A model generated the notes under the pieces. It searched no databases, had not been told where the DNA came from, and saw nothing but the letters and a program-made list of their open reading frames with translations. The position numbers and the translations under genes were made by a program. Shown here in pieces: positions 17,985 to 26,367 of a stretch of DNA of 36,719 nt (its first letter is position 1; each line of letters opens with the position of its first letter). This DNA is from Flavobacteriales bacterium (GTDB lineage Bacteria; Bacteroidota; Bacteroidia; NS11-12g; UBA955). The stretch covers positions 1 to 36,719 of the forward strand of contig CANFVI010000001.1 of the NCBI GenBank assembly GCA_947450405.1, written 5' to 3'.

Positions 17985-18562
17985 TCTAAAACTATCGAGA
18001 CTAAATTATTCAATAATGTATATTTTTCGTTGGTGGCGCTACAAATTGCAATTCCTTCGTTGTTGAAGAATAATTTTTCGCCGTGTTTGCTCATCCAACC
18101 AATTTGTTTTGCTGGAACTCCGGCAACCATGCCGAAATTTGGGACATCTTTGGTTACAACAGAACCTGCGCCAATGAATGCATATTCACCGAGTGTTGTA
18201 CCGCACACTATGGTTGCATTGGCGCCAATTGAACATCCTTTTTTTACTAAGGTGTTTTTGAATTCCGCTTTGCGTTCAACGAAAGCTCGGGGATTTATCA
18301 CATTTGTAAAAACCATACTTGGACCCAGGAAGCAATCGTCTTCAATGGTTACATTGGCATAAACGCTTACATTGTTTTGAATTTTAACGCCATTGCCAAT
18401 GGTAACGTTTTTGTCGATATAGACATTTTGGCCAATATTGCAATTTTGACCAATGTGGGATGTACCCATTATATGGGTAAAGTGCCAAATTTTGGAATTG
18501 TTTCCAATTTGTGCTCCTTGATCAATAATTGCCGTTTCGTGAACAAAATAGTCGTTAGACAT
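17981..18562 (-). CDS. Left-handed beta-helix (hexapeptide-repeat) sugar N-acetyltransferase, WbpD-like
   Basis: Repeated [LIV]-G-x4 hexapeptides run through the protein. The length (193 aa) and the tail [19 protein letters not shown] resemble UDP-2-acetamido-3-amino-sugar N-acetyltransferases. It overlaps galE by 4 nt. Confidence 0.75.
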   Translation of the reverse strand: MSNDYFVHETAIIDQGAQIGNNSKIWHFTHIMGTSHIGQNCNIGQNVYIDKNVTIGNGVKIQNNVSVYANVTIEDDCFLGPSMVFTNVINPRAFVERKAEFKNTLVKKGCSIGANATIVCGTTLGEYAFIGAGSVVTKDVPNFGMVAGVPAKQIGWMSKHGEKLFFNNEGIAICSATNEKYTLLNNLVSIVLE

Positions 18563-18655
18563 ATTGCGAAGGTAATAAAATATAGAATATGATAAATTTT
18601 GAATTGATTAAACTCGGAAATAATTTATGAATGGAAATGCGGAATGTTTAAAAAC

Positions 18656-18685
18656 AAAAAAGGCTGCCCAAGGGCAGCCTTTTTT
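18656..18685 (-). terminator. Intrinsic terminator after the ompA-family gene
   Basis: AGGCTGCCC-AA-GGGCAGCCT GC-rich hairpin flanked by an A-run and a T-run (symmetric, so bidirectional in form). It lies 17 nt downstream of the stop at 18702. Confidence 0.8.
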
Positions 18686-18701
18686 GGAATATGCTTATAA
18701 A

Positions 18702-20270
18702 TTAATACGTTAAGATAAAGTCAACACGACGGTTAGCTTCTTTACCTTTTGGAGTTGCATTATCTGCAATTGGCATTTCAGATCCGTAACCGATTGATTT
18801 CAATTTGCTATCGCTGATACCTTTAGAAACGAAGTAGGCTTTCACTGCAGCAGCGCGGTTTAGGCTTAATGTTTTATTTGCAGCTGCATCACCAACGTTG
18901 TCAGTGTGACCTTGAATTTCAATATTAGCACCTGGGTACTCATTCAAAATTTTCACGATTTCATCTAAGCTTTTGTTAGAAGATGCAATGATAACCGCTT
19001 TGTTTGTTTCAAACAAGATACCTTTTGCATAACCTTTAATTTTAGCTTTAACTTCATCTTTAATTTCTGGGCAACCGTTGTTTGAAACTGGGCCAGCAAC
19101 ATTAGGACATTTGTCATTTTTGTCAGCAGTACCGTCACCGTCAGAATCAGGGCAACCTTTAAGTTCTTTAGAACCTTTATCATTAGGACAAGCATCAACG
19201 TTATCGGCAATACCGTCACCATCAGTGTCAGGGCAACCATTAAATTCTGGAGTACCTTTTACATTAGGGCAAACATCTAATTTATTTTCGATACCATCAC
19301 CATCAGAATCAGGGCAACCGTTAAGTTCTTTGGTTCCTTTTTCTTCAGCACATTTGTCGTCAGCATCTAAGATACCATCACCATCTGTATCAGCAGGGCA
19401 ACCTAAGCTATCTACATATTTGCGGTATTTCGCTTCGGTACCTTTACAACGGTCATATTTATCTGGCACACCATCTTCGTCAGTATCTTTCATACGTTTT
19501 GGTCCACGACCACCGCCACCAGAACCTTCGTTCAAAGCGAAAGCAACGCCTAAGTTATTATAACCCCAAGCATCGTTACTTCTGTAAAGTTTATTTACAA
19601 GAGGTTTATCAGGATTAGGATCTGCTTCGTTAGCACCATCCCAACGGTCGTTGAAAGTATAAGTTAAAACATAAGACCAATTTAAAGCAATTTTATCTGT
19701 TAGGAAGAATTTAAATCCTAAACCACCTTGAAATTGAGCACCAATATCTTGTATAGTATTTTGAACAACGTGTTTGCTTCCAAAGTTATCGTAACGTGTA
19801 GCTGCTACGTAAGGATCTGGACCCCAAATAATGGTTGAATGCACATAGTAAGCTCCAATAGCACCATATAAATATGGAGCAAATTTTGAATCTTCAGAAA
19901 GGATTACGCCATTATTGAATTTATAACGAACACCGAATGATAAATCACCAGTATTTGCTCTAAAGCTTTGCCAAACAATATCTCTTTCTTTTACGAAGCT
20001 ATCTAGTCTTCTGCAAAATCCTACATCACCTGCAGAAATATTTGCTACTCCGTCAAATGAAGGGCTAATACCATAAGTAAAAGTTGCCCCTCCACCTTGA
20101 TAATTAGGTTTTGTTTTGAAAAATAGGCTAGAACCCATGTCTCCTAGGTATTCTCTTAAACCTCCATTTACCTCAACGCCCATAGAACCTTGGCCTTGAG
20201 CGGATAGGTTGCCCACAAATAATGAGATAATTGCAGGTAAAAAAATTGATTTTAGGTAGTTTTTATGCAT
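18702..20270 (-). CDS. OmpA-family outer membrane protein: N-terminal beta-barrel, thrombospondin type-3 repeats, C-terminal OmpA peptidoglycan-binding domain
   Basis: I place the start at Met13 (MHKNYLKSIFLPAIISLFVGNLSAQ signal peptide). After a Gly-rich linker come five DxDxDGxxDxxDxCP-like repeats. The C-terminus carries OmpA motifs (GHTDNVG, LSLNRA, NRRVDF). The candidate -7 box at 20304-20311 overlaps the first codon of the longer ORF. Confidence 0.9.
   Translation of the reverse strand: MHKNYLKSIFLPAIISLFVGNLSAQGQGSMGVEVNGGLREYLGDMGSSLFFKTKPNYQGGGATFTYGISPSFDGVANISAGDVGFCRRLDSFVKERDIVWQSFRANTGDLSFGVRYKFNNGVILSEDSKFAPYLYGAIGAYYVHSTIIWGPDPYVAATRYDNFGSKHVVQNTIQDIGAQFQGGLGFKFFLTDKIALNWSYVLTYTFNDRWDGANEADPNPDKPLVNKLYRSNDAWGYNNLGVAFALNEGSGGGGRGPKRMKDTDEDGVPDKYDRCKGTEAKYRKYVDSLGCPADTDGDGILDADDKCAEEKGTKELNGCPDSDGDGIENKLDVCPNVKGTPEFNGCPDTDGDGIADNVDACPNDKGSKELKGCPDSDGDGTADKNDKCPNVAGPVSNNGCPEIKDEVKAKIKGYAKGILFETNKAVIIASSNKSLDEIVKILNEYPGANIEIQGHTDNVGDAAANKTLSLNRAAAVKAYFVSKGISDSKLKSIGYGSEMPIADNATPKGKEANRRVDFILTY
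19068..19487 (-). repeat. In-frame tandem repeats encoding TSP3 calcium-binding motifs (four 81-nt / 27-aa units plus one degenerate unit)
   Basis: The protein repeats are GCPADTDGDGILDADDKC..., GCPDSDGDGIENKLDVCPNVKGTPEFN, GCPDTDGDGIADNVDACPNDKGSKELK and GCPDSDGDGTADKNDKCPNVAGPVSNN. Confidence 0.85.
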
Positions 20271-20303
20271 ATTCTTGTGTGTGTAATTAATTTTAGTAGT
20301 TGA

Positions 20304-20311
20304 CAAATATA
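20304..20311 (-). promoter_or_regulatory. Candidate -7 box (TATATTTG on the minus strand) for the ompA-family gene
   Basis: The plus strand reads CAAATATA. It lies 33 nt upstream of the Met at 20270. Confidence 0.35.
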
Positions 20312-20443
20312 AGAAACTCTTAATTAAAAAAAAGTTTTTTGATTAATTTTACACATATACTTCACATTTTTTTTTCAACAGAAGTAAAAAATGAGAAAAA
20401 TATATCATTTTTACTCAAAAGGAATTGTTTTAATAATGTTGAA

Positions 20444-20893
20444 TTAATTATAGACCTGTAAAATATTTCCGTCTTTCTGAATTTTGTATTGTGCAAGTCT
20501 TCCAGCGGCTGGTCCTTTAGTAGGGAATCCTGGAAAATTGTATTGGCTTTCACAGCATTTATTAAATGTACTGCCAACATACTCGCCACATTTCATTTGT
20601 ATGTTGATGCTATCAACCCAAATTTTGGAGCATGCTTTTGAAGGTTCAAATGCGCATGTTCTTTCAAAAGCGTACCATTGATCGTCGTAATCGTGAATTA
20701 CAATTACTCCTTTAATACCCCCATCGAAATATTCAAATTCTCCAGGGTTGTTAAGGTGCATATATGAACTCAAATTAAGGTCAATATAAATATTTACGGG
20801 TCCTGTTTGAATATTTTGGGTAACTGTTCTTGAATCTGTGCAAGAAAATAGTCCTCCCAAAACAAACAATGCCAAGATTGTAATTTTATTCAT
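20444..20893 (-). CDS. Small Cys-rich lipoprotein with a Rieske-like sequence pattern lacking the His ligands
   Basis: I place the start at the internal Met (MNKITILALFVLGGLFSCTD, lipobox LFSC). The C-terminal pattern WYAFERTCAFE...IQMKCGEY...KGPAAGRLAQYKIQKDGNILQV parallels the Rieske layout, but CxH and CxxH are absent. It overlaps the upstream gene by 8 nt. Confidence 0.6.
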   Translation of the reverse strand: MNKITILALFVLGGLFSCTDSRTVTQNIQTGPVNIYIDLNLSSYMHLNNPGEFEYFDGGIKGVIVIHDYDDQWYAFERTCAFEPSKACSKIWVDSINIQMKCGEYVGSTFNKCCESQYNFPGFPTKGPAAGRLAQYKIQKDGNILQVYN

Positions 20894-21728
20894 AGTTGTA
20901 AAATCCTTTGCCAGATTTTTTACCGTGATGTCCGGCATCTACTTTTTGTTTTTGAATTCTATTGGGTCTGAATTTAGGATCGTAATTGAATTGTTCAAAC
21001 ATAGAATTGGTAACGGAGTAATTGGTATCAACGCCTATTAAATCCATCAATCTAAAAGGCCCCATTTTAAATCCTGTGGATTCCATTAAATTGTCGATTT
21101 CTGGGATGCTTGCAACACCTTCTTCGGCAAGTTTTAATGCTTCAACATAAAAATGTCGGGCAACACGGTTCACAATAAAACCGGGAGCATCTTGGGCATA
21201 AACGGTTGTTTTACCCAAGGAAACAGACCAATTGAATGCTTTTTCTGCAATTTCATTACTGGTTGCCGCACCTTTTATTACTTCTACCAATTTCATAATG
21301 TGAGCAGGGTTGAAGAAATGCACACCCACCAATCGTTCTGGATGTTTTAGTCCGCTTGCAATTTGGGTAATTGGAATTGAAGATGTGTTGGTAGCAAAAA
21401 TTGAATCGGTTGAATTTATGGTTTCTAAATGCTGAAACAGTTCTCTTTTAATTTGTAAATTCTCTAAAATTGCCTCTATAATAAAATCAGCAACAAGTTC
21501 ATTTTTGTTTTCTGTAATCGATAATAATTTTATAGCTTGTTCTTTTTTCTCGAGGGAAATTTTGCCTTTTTCTACAGAAATATTGAGTTGTTTATGAATA
21601 TAGTCAATTGCCTTATCTAAAGCTTCTTTCTTTAAATCATAGATAACGGTTGGATATCCAGAAAGGATACTGCACATAGCAATACCTGAACCCATAACGC
21701 CAGAACCAATAACAATTACATTTTTCAT
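20886..21728 (-). CDS. hbd: 3-hydroxyacyl-CoA / 3-hydroxybutyryl-CoA dehydrogenase
   Basis: N-terminal NAD fold VIGSGVMGSGIA, then TNTSS, HFFNP, PGFIVNR and GPFRLMDLIG. The length is 280 aa. Confidence 0.88.
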   Translation of the reverse strand: MKNVIVIGSGVMGSGIAMCSILSGYPTVIYDLKKEALDKAIDYIHKQLNISVEKGKISLEKKEQAIKLLSITENKNELVADFIIEAILENLQIKRELFQHLETINSTDSIFATNTSSIPITQIASGLKHPERLVGVHFFNPAHIMKLVEVIKGAATSNEIAEKAFNWSVSLGKTTVYAQDAPGFIVNRVARHFYVEALKLAEEGVASIPEIDNLMESTGFKMGPFRLMDLIGVDTNYSVTNSMFEQFNYDPKFRPNRIQKQKVDAGHHGKKSGKGFYNYE

Positions 21729-21738
21729 TGTTACAAAT

Positions 21739-23025
21739 TTAGCGAGACTTTAGCCAATTTTGAGGATTTTGTTTTTCTTGACCTTGCCAAATTTGGAATT
21801 GTAAGATGTTTTTATCATCATCGTCGGTCATTACACGTCCTATTTTTTCTCCTACAGAAATGATTTGACCGCGCTGCACAAAGACATCACTTAATCGAGA
21901 ATATACTGTAAAGTATTCACCATGATTTACCAATATGGCTTCACCTTGTCCAGGAATTGATAGAATTGCAGAAACGGTGCCTTTAAAAACAGCCTTTACG
22001 GTTGTATTTTTAGGTGTGGTAATATCAATCCCATTATTTACCTCTTCAATATCTTGAAATTCTGGATGTCTGTGTCGGCCGAATCCTTGAGAAATAAATC
22101 CTCTTTCAACAGGCCAAGGCAATCCACCTCGGTTATTTTCAAATGAAACACTGAGTGCTTTTGATTCAGGTGTTAATGCATTTTCTGAACTGGATGAGTT
22201 GTATTTTGCTTTTTTATTTCCAGTTCTATCGGGTGCAGATTTTGCCACTTCTCTTTTTTGGCGTCGTCGTTCAGCTTCAATTTCTTTGGCAATTGCCCTT
22301 GAAATTTCTCTGTTTAATTTAGAAACCTGACGTTCGTTTTCTTTGATTTTCTCTCTTAGTTCTTTTTCCTTTGAGGATAATTCAACAACCAATTTTTGTT
22401 TGGTGGTTTTGTCGGTTTCTAATTCTTTCTTTTCCGTTTCTTTACTCGACAAGAGCACTACCTTTTGTTTCCTTGTATGGTTTAATTCGGCAAGAGCATC
22501 TGACACTTGTTGGGCCTGAATTTGGATGGATGAAACAAGGTTTCTGCGGTAGTCTGAAAGTTTGCGCAGGTATTTCCAGCGGCGTAAAGCTTGTTTTACA
22601 TTGTTAGAAGTAAAAATAAAAAAGAGCTCTTTTCCTGATTTTCTTGTTTTGTAGGCTTTTCGAATTGTTTTGTTTAATTTGATTTTTTCTCTTTCATAAT
22701 CAAATTTTAACGTTTCTAAACGCTCTGATTGTGAAAAAATATCTCCGTCAGTTGCAATAATTTCGACCTGAATGTTCTCAATTAACTCAGTTCTTTGCTC
22801 AATAATTTTATTGATTGTGGTTAATTGATGAAGGGTATTGCGTTTTTCTTTTTGGGTTGAAAGGAGAATTTTTTTGTTCTCGGCAATTTCCTGTTCAACT
22901 TTACGGCGCTTTTGCTCAAGCTGTTGGCGGTTTGTTTGCGCCATGGAAGTTGGCCAACAAATACCAATTACAAATGCAGTGGCAATGAAAAATTGACTAG
23001 TTTTTTTGAATCGAAACGCGCTCAT
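21739..23025 (-). CDS. EnvC-like murein hydrolase activator (coiled coil plus degenerate M23/LytM domain)
   Basis: Start at Met15 (MSAFRFKKTSQFFIATAFVIGICWPTSMAQ signal). About 250 aa of Glu/Lys/Gln-rich coiled coil follows. The C-terminal LytM-like domain has its Zn-ligand positions substituted: NNGID for HxGxD, YSRL for YxHL and LQFQ for LHFE. Confidence 0.8.
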   Translation of the reverse strand: MSAFRFKKTSQFFIATAFVIGICWPTSMAQTNRQQLEQKRRKVEQEIAENKKILLSTQKEKRNTLHQLTTINKIIEQRTELIENIQVEIIATDGDIFSQSERLETLKFDYEREKIKLNKTIRKAYKTRKSGKELFFIFTSNNVKQALRRWKYLRKLSDYRRNLVSSIQIQAQQVSDALAELNHTRKQKVVLLSSKETEKKELETDKTTKQKLVVELSSKEKELREKIKENERQVSKLNREISRAIAKEIEAERRRQKREVAKSAPDRTGNKKAKYNSSSSENALTPESKALSVSFENNRGGLPWPVERGFISQGFGRHRHPEFQDIEEVNNGIDITTPKNTTVKAVFKGTVSAILSIPGQGEAILVNHGEYFTVYSRLSDVFVQRGQIISVGEKIGRVMTDDDDKNILQFQIWQGQEKQNPQNWLKSR

Positions 23026-23719
23026 AATCATTCGGTACCGAGAATGGGTACGAAGGTATAGAATCAAATCGTGCAGTTTTTAACGATAATTTGAGTCGTA
23101 GACTATTGAGGTCACTTTTCATGTCTTGAATTTCCCACTCCATTTGGTTTGGCAATGCCACTTCCTTGTCAGTTATTCTTTCTAAATAGGAAATTTTCAA
23201 TCGTTTCATCTTGCCTTTGTCTGAAAATCTTGAAGAAGAAACCAAATTATTTTTTGTGGTTAATCCAAATGACAAATAAGGTGGAGTTGCGCCAATGTAT
23301 TCATTTGGCTTGGTGCTATCGTATTGTATTAACGCGTTGGTTGGTGAATTTCCTACAATTAATGCTTGAATTGCAGATAAATCGGCAGGTAATTCTTGCA
23401 TGCTGCTTAAATCTGACAACGACAAAGGATAGTATTTTTGATTATAAACATCTAAAACATGTGCACTGTCTTTGGTTATGATTCCTTTTAAAATCTGAAT
23501 CCCCATTATCGCCGAAACACTAAACCATACTATGCTGTCTTTTTGCATGCGGAAAGTTACATTTCCAGATAAATCACCTTGTGGTGATTGAATATCGCAA
23601 TCGTATTTGGCAGTGCAGTATTTCCAGTTTACGTTTTCAACCACGTTTACACGAGTTTGTGCAAAAGTGTGATTGATGAATATTGAAATAATAGCGAAAA
23701 TAATCAGTGGTTTTTTCAT
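22997..23719 (-). CDS. DUF4292-like (LolB-fold-like) exported protein
   Basis: 240 aa with the signal peptide MKKPLIIFAIISIFINHTFAQ. Its position between a TPR protein and the M23/EnvC-like gene matches a cluster I recall as conserved in Bacteroidota. The family assignment rests on context and size and is not verified. Confidence 0.5.
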   Translation of the reverse strand: MKKPLIIFAIISIFINHTFAQTRVNVVENVNWKYCTAKYDCDIQSPQGDLSGNVTFRMQKDSIVWFSVSAIMGIQILKGIITKDSAHVLDVYNQKYYPLSLSDLSSMQELPADLSAIQALIVGNSPTNALIQYDSTKPNEYIGATPPYLSFGLTTKNNLVSSSRFSDKGKMKRLKISYLERITDKEVALPNQMEWEIQDMKSDLNSLRLKLSLKTARFDSIPSYPFSVPNDYERVSIQKN

Positions 23720-23724
23720 GGATG

Positions 23725-25365
23725 TTATTTTTTAAGGATTGAAATTTCTAATTGAAATTCCGATTGGTTTATTTGTCCCAAATTATATGCCAAATTCAAT
23801 AATTCTCTAGATTTTAAATCATTTGAATGAGATTGGAAATATTTTATAAATGATTTTAAATATTGGGGATTGATATTTTCTATATAGATATTATCTAATT
23901 GTGGAATTGATGTTGATTGGGTATTTAAATGAATATTTCCTAAAAAGTTCAAGCAAATAAATTCATTTTTCCATGAATTACCAAGGTTTCTGGTTCTCAA
24001 CAAATTTGAAGTAGCGGTAACCAGTTCATCATTTTTGTTTTCAAATAAAAGCATATAGGAATTTATCAATTCATTTATTGGTGCAAATGGAAATGCTTCT
24101 ATTAATTTGGGAGTAATTTGAAGTAGTTTTTCTTTGTTTTGTTTGGTGAACAAAGAATACAAATAAGGGATTACTTCATTTTCATTACTGAGTTTAATTT
24201 CTCCAGTCAATTCATAATATTTTATTGCCAAATCATAGTTTGCACTGCTGTAAAATTTACGTCCTATAGTTTCATTTAACTTTCGTTTAATTTCATAATT
24301 GGGATAACCAAAATCAATGGCCATTTGATAAATAGAGTCGACTAAATGGATATTTTTTTCTGATTGAAAAAATATACCAATTGCTGAATATTTTATATCC
24401 GACCAAGTTTCTTTAAACGCCCTTAAATAATATAACTTTGAGGCAAGTATCTGCAGAATTTGGTATTTATTTTCAGCATATACCTTTGAGAAAATTTCAG
24501 TGCTGTAAATGATCGGTTGATTTTCATCCCTTTGGAGGGAATTAAACATTTTATAGGCCTTCAGTTGAATTATTTCGTTTTTGTAAAAAATATTTGAAGT
24601 ATCATTTTGGTACTTTAAAAGTGCAAGCTTTTGGGCTTTGTCAAATTGATTTGAAGATAAATAAATGGTGATTAGTTCTTTATAGTACTCTGACTGATCG
24701 GGATATTTGGTATGAAGTTTTTCGAGGATGTAGGTAACGGAATCTATTTTCTTCAAATCTTGATAAGCCCAAATGTATGCTTTTGCAATTTCAGGACGAA
24801 ATAAGAATTGTTTTTCCCAAATTCTGCATACTTTTAATAGTTCGAAGCTGTTGTGGCTGCGTTTAAAGAACTCGCTGGCTTCTTTATATCGCGACCAATA
24901 TTTGGGATTGATTTCAATTGCTTTGAAATAGTATTTCCCTGCTTCAGAATATTTGAACAAAACCGACAATAATTGCGCCTTTAAAATGACGTATGTATCT
25001 TCAGTTGGATTAAGTTTGAGGGCTTGATCTATGTAAAATAGGGCTTGATCTATTTTCCCTAATTTCTGGTGAATGGTGGCAAGTCTGTAATTTGCAGCTT
25101 CAGCGGAAATGGGATTTTCGGCAAGTTTTTTAAATTCTATGGTTGCGTTTGTCCAATCGGAGGCTTGAAATAAAACTTCAGCCTTGCGATAAGCGGAATT
25201 TGTGGTTTGAACTGTATCTATTTGGGCAGATGCAATTGTCCCCCAAAATAAAAAGAAAAGGGTAAAACTGAAGTGAATTAACCCTGAGAACTGTAATCGC
25301 CAATGCTGTACTCCAAGCTGTCGCCATTGAGCACAACGTGATTGCCTATCATGGAGTTTTCGCAT
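23725..25365 (-). CDS. Tetratricopeptide-repeat (TPR) protein, exported; start codon uncertain
   Basis: TPR-like 34-aa repeats (e.g. AEAANYRLATIHQKLGKIDQALFYIDQALKLNP and AGKYYFKAIEINP). A hydrophobic signal-like segment LIHFSFTLFFLFWGTIASAQ begins exactly at the upstream gene's stop. The only in-frame ATG (25365) gives an 88-nt overlap. Confidence 0.7.
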   Translation of the reverse strand: MRKLHDRQSRCAQWRQLGVQHWRLQFSGLIHFSFTLFFLFWGTIASAQIDTVQTTNSAYRKAEVLFQASDWTNATIEFKKLAENPISAEAANYRLATIHQKLGKIDQALFYIDQALKLNPTEDTYVILKAQLLSVLFKYSEAGKYYFKAIEINPKYWSRYKEASEFFKRSHNSFELLKVCRIWEKQFLFRPEIAKAYIWAYQDLKKIDSVTYILEKLHTKYPDQSEYYKELITIYLSSNQFDKAQKLALLKYQNDTSNIFYKNEIIQLKAYKMFNSLQRDENQPIIYSTEIFSKVYAENKYQILQILASKLYYLRAFKETWSDIKYSAIGIFFQSEKNIHLVDSIYQMAIDFGYPNYEIKRKLNETIGRKFYSSANYDLAIKYYELTGEIKLSNENEVIPYLYSLFTKQNKEKLLQITPKLIEAFPFAPINELINSYMLLFENKNDELVTATSNLLRTRNLGNSWKNEFICLNFLGNIHLNTQSTSIPQLDNIYIENINPQYLKSFIKYFQSHSNDLKSRELLNLAYNLGQINQSEFQLEISILKK

Positions 25366-26279
25366 TTAAAGTTCTTTAAATTACTATTATCTTGGATAAT
25401 GGTATTGCTAATAACGCAATTTTCCAATGAAGTATTGTTTCCAATACTCACAAAAGGACCAATTTGACAATTTATCAGTTGAACGTTTTCGCCAATAAAG
25501 CAGGGTTCGATGATAGAAACGCTGTTATCAAATTGATTCATATCAATTTTCATTTGCGAAGATTTGTTCACTAATACACGTTGATTTGTATAAACAGTAG
25601 CTGCGTAATTTCCGCAATCTAACCATTCATCAACTTTACCTGGAACAAATTGCATGCCTTTGTTTTTCATATTTTCCATGGCATTGGTTAATTGATATTC
25701 GCCTTTGTCTTTGATGTCGTTATCAATTAGATATTGCAATTCGCTTTCAAGTGTTTCACCACTTTTGAAGTAGTAAATACCAATGATAGCAAGGTCAGAT
25801 ACAAATTCTTTTGGTTTTTCAATAAAATCTGTAATGATATTATTTTCATTGTATTTCACAACACCAAAAGAGCTTGGATTGTCAACTTGGTGTACCCAAA
25901 TTACGCCATCTTTGGTTTTATCTAGGTTGAATTCAGTTCTAAAAAGGGTATCGGCGAAGGCAACAATTACCTCACCTTTTAGGCATTCGCGGGCACATAA
26001 AATTGCATGTCCTGTTCCTTCCGCTTTGTCTTGATAAAAGATTTTACCTTTTGCTCCAACGCTTTCGGCAATTCTGATAAGTTCAGCTTCAGTTTCATCG
26101 CCAAAACGCCCAACAACAAAACCTATTTCATCAATGGTTTCGCCACAAACGGCTGCAATGTCTTCGATTAACCAATTCACAATGGATTTACCAGCAACGG
26201 GTACTAAGGGTTTTGGTGTTGTAAGTGTATGTGGGCGCATTCTTTTGCCCATACCAGCCATTGGAATAATTAGTTTCAT
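25278..26279 (-). CDS. Sugar-phosphate nucleotidyltransferase with a C-terminal left-handed beta-helix
   Basis: N-terminus MKLIIPMAGMGKRMRPHTLTTPKPLVPV (the GxGxR pyrophosphorylase signature). Hexapeptide-like repeats occur near the C-terminus. The length is 333 aa. Confidence 0.8.
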   Translation of the reverse strand: MKLIIPMAGMGKRMRPHTLTTPKPLVPVAGKSIVNWLIEDIAAVCGETIDEIGFVVGRFGDETEAELIRIAESVGAKGKIFYQDKAEGTGHAILCARECLKGEVIVAFADTLFRTEFNLDKTKDGVIWVHQVDNPSSFGVVKYNENNIITDFIEKPKEFVSDLAIIGIYYFKSGETLESELQYLIDNDIKDKGEYQLTNAMENMKNKGMQFVPGKVDEWLDCGNYAATVYTNQRVLVNKSSQMKIDMNQFDNSVSIIEPCFIGENVQLINCQIGPFVSIGNNTSLENCVISNTIIQDNSNLKNFKCENSMIGNHVVLNGDSLEYSIGDYSSQG

Positions 26280-26367
26280 CTTAATCAGTAATCAAAATTT
26301 GGTGCAAATATCGTGAAAATCTACGAATTTATGGTTATAGGGTTCATTTATGGTTTATGGAATGGCA

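Noticed and set aside
17695-18066. 123-aa plus-strand ORF bridging the galE / acetyltransferase junction.
   Set aside because: It is antisense to two genes with clear catalytic motifs and has no features of its own.
17981-18562. WbpD-like acetyltransferase paired only with galE as a possible fragment of a novel sugar pathway.
   Set aside because: The usual dehydrogenase and aminotransferase partners may simply lie elsewhere in the genome. Two genes give no basis for a pathway claim.
19078-19563. 161-aa plus-strand ORF with PSPSESGQPLSSL-like repeats.
   Set aside because: It lies exactly antisense to the TSP3 repeat region of the OmpA gene. Its periodicity mirrors the GAT/GGT-rich coding repeats, and the minus-strand frame has strong domain evidence.
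20312-20443. A9 and T9-T10 homopolymer runs upstream of the ompA-family gene (also near 35331 and 33411) as possible slipped-strand phase-variation switches.
   Set aside because: Homopolymer A/T runs of this length are expected in very AT-rich spacers. None lies between recognisable -33 and -7 elements or inside a reading frame, so there is no specific support.
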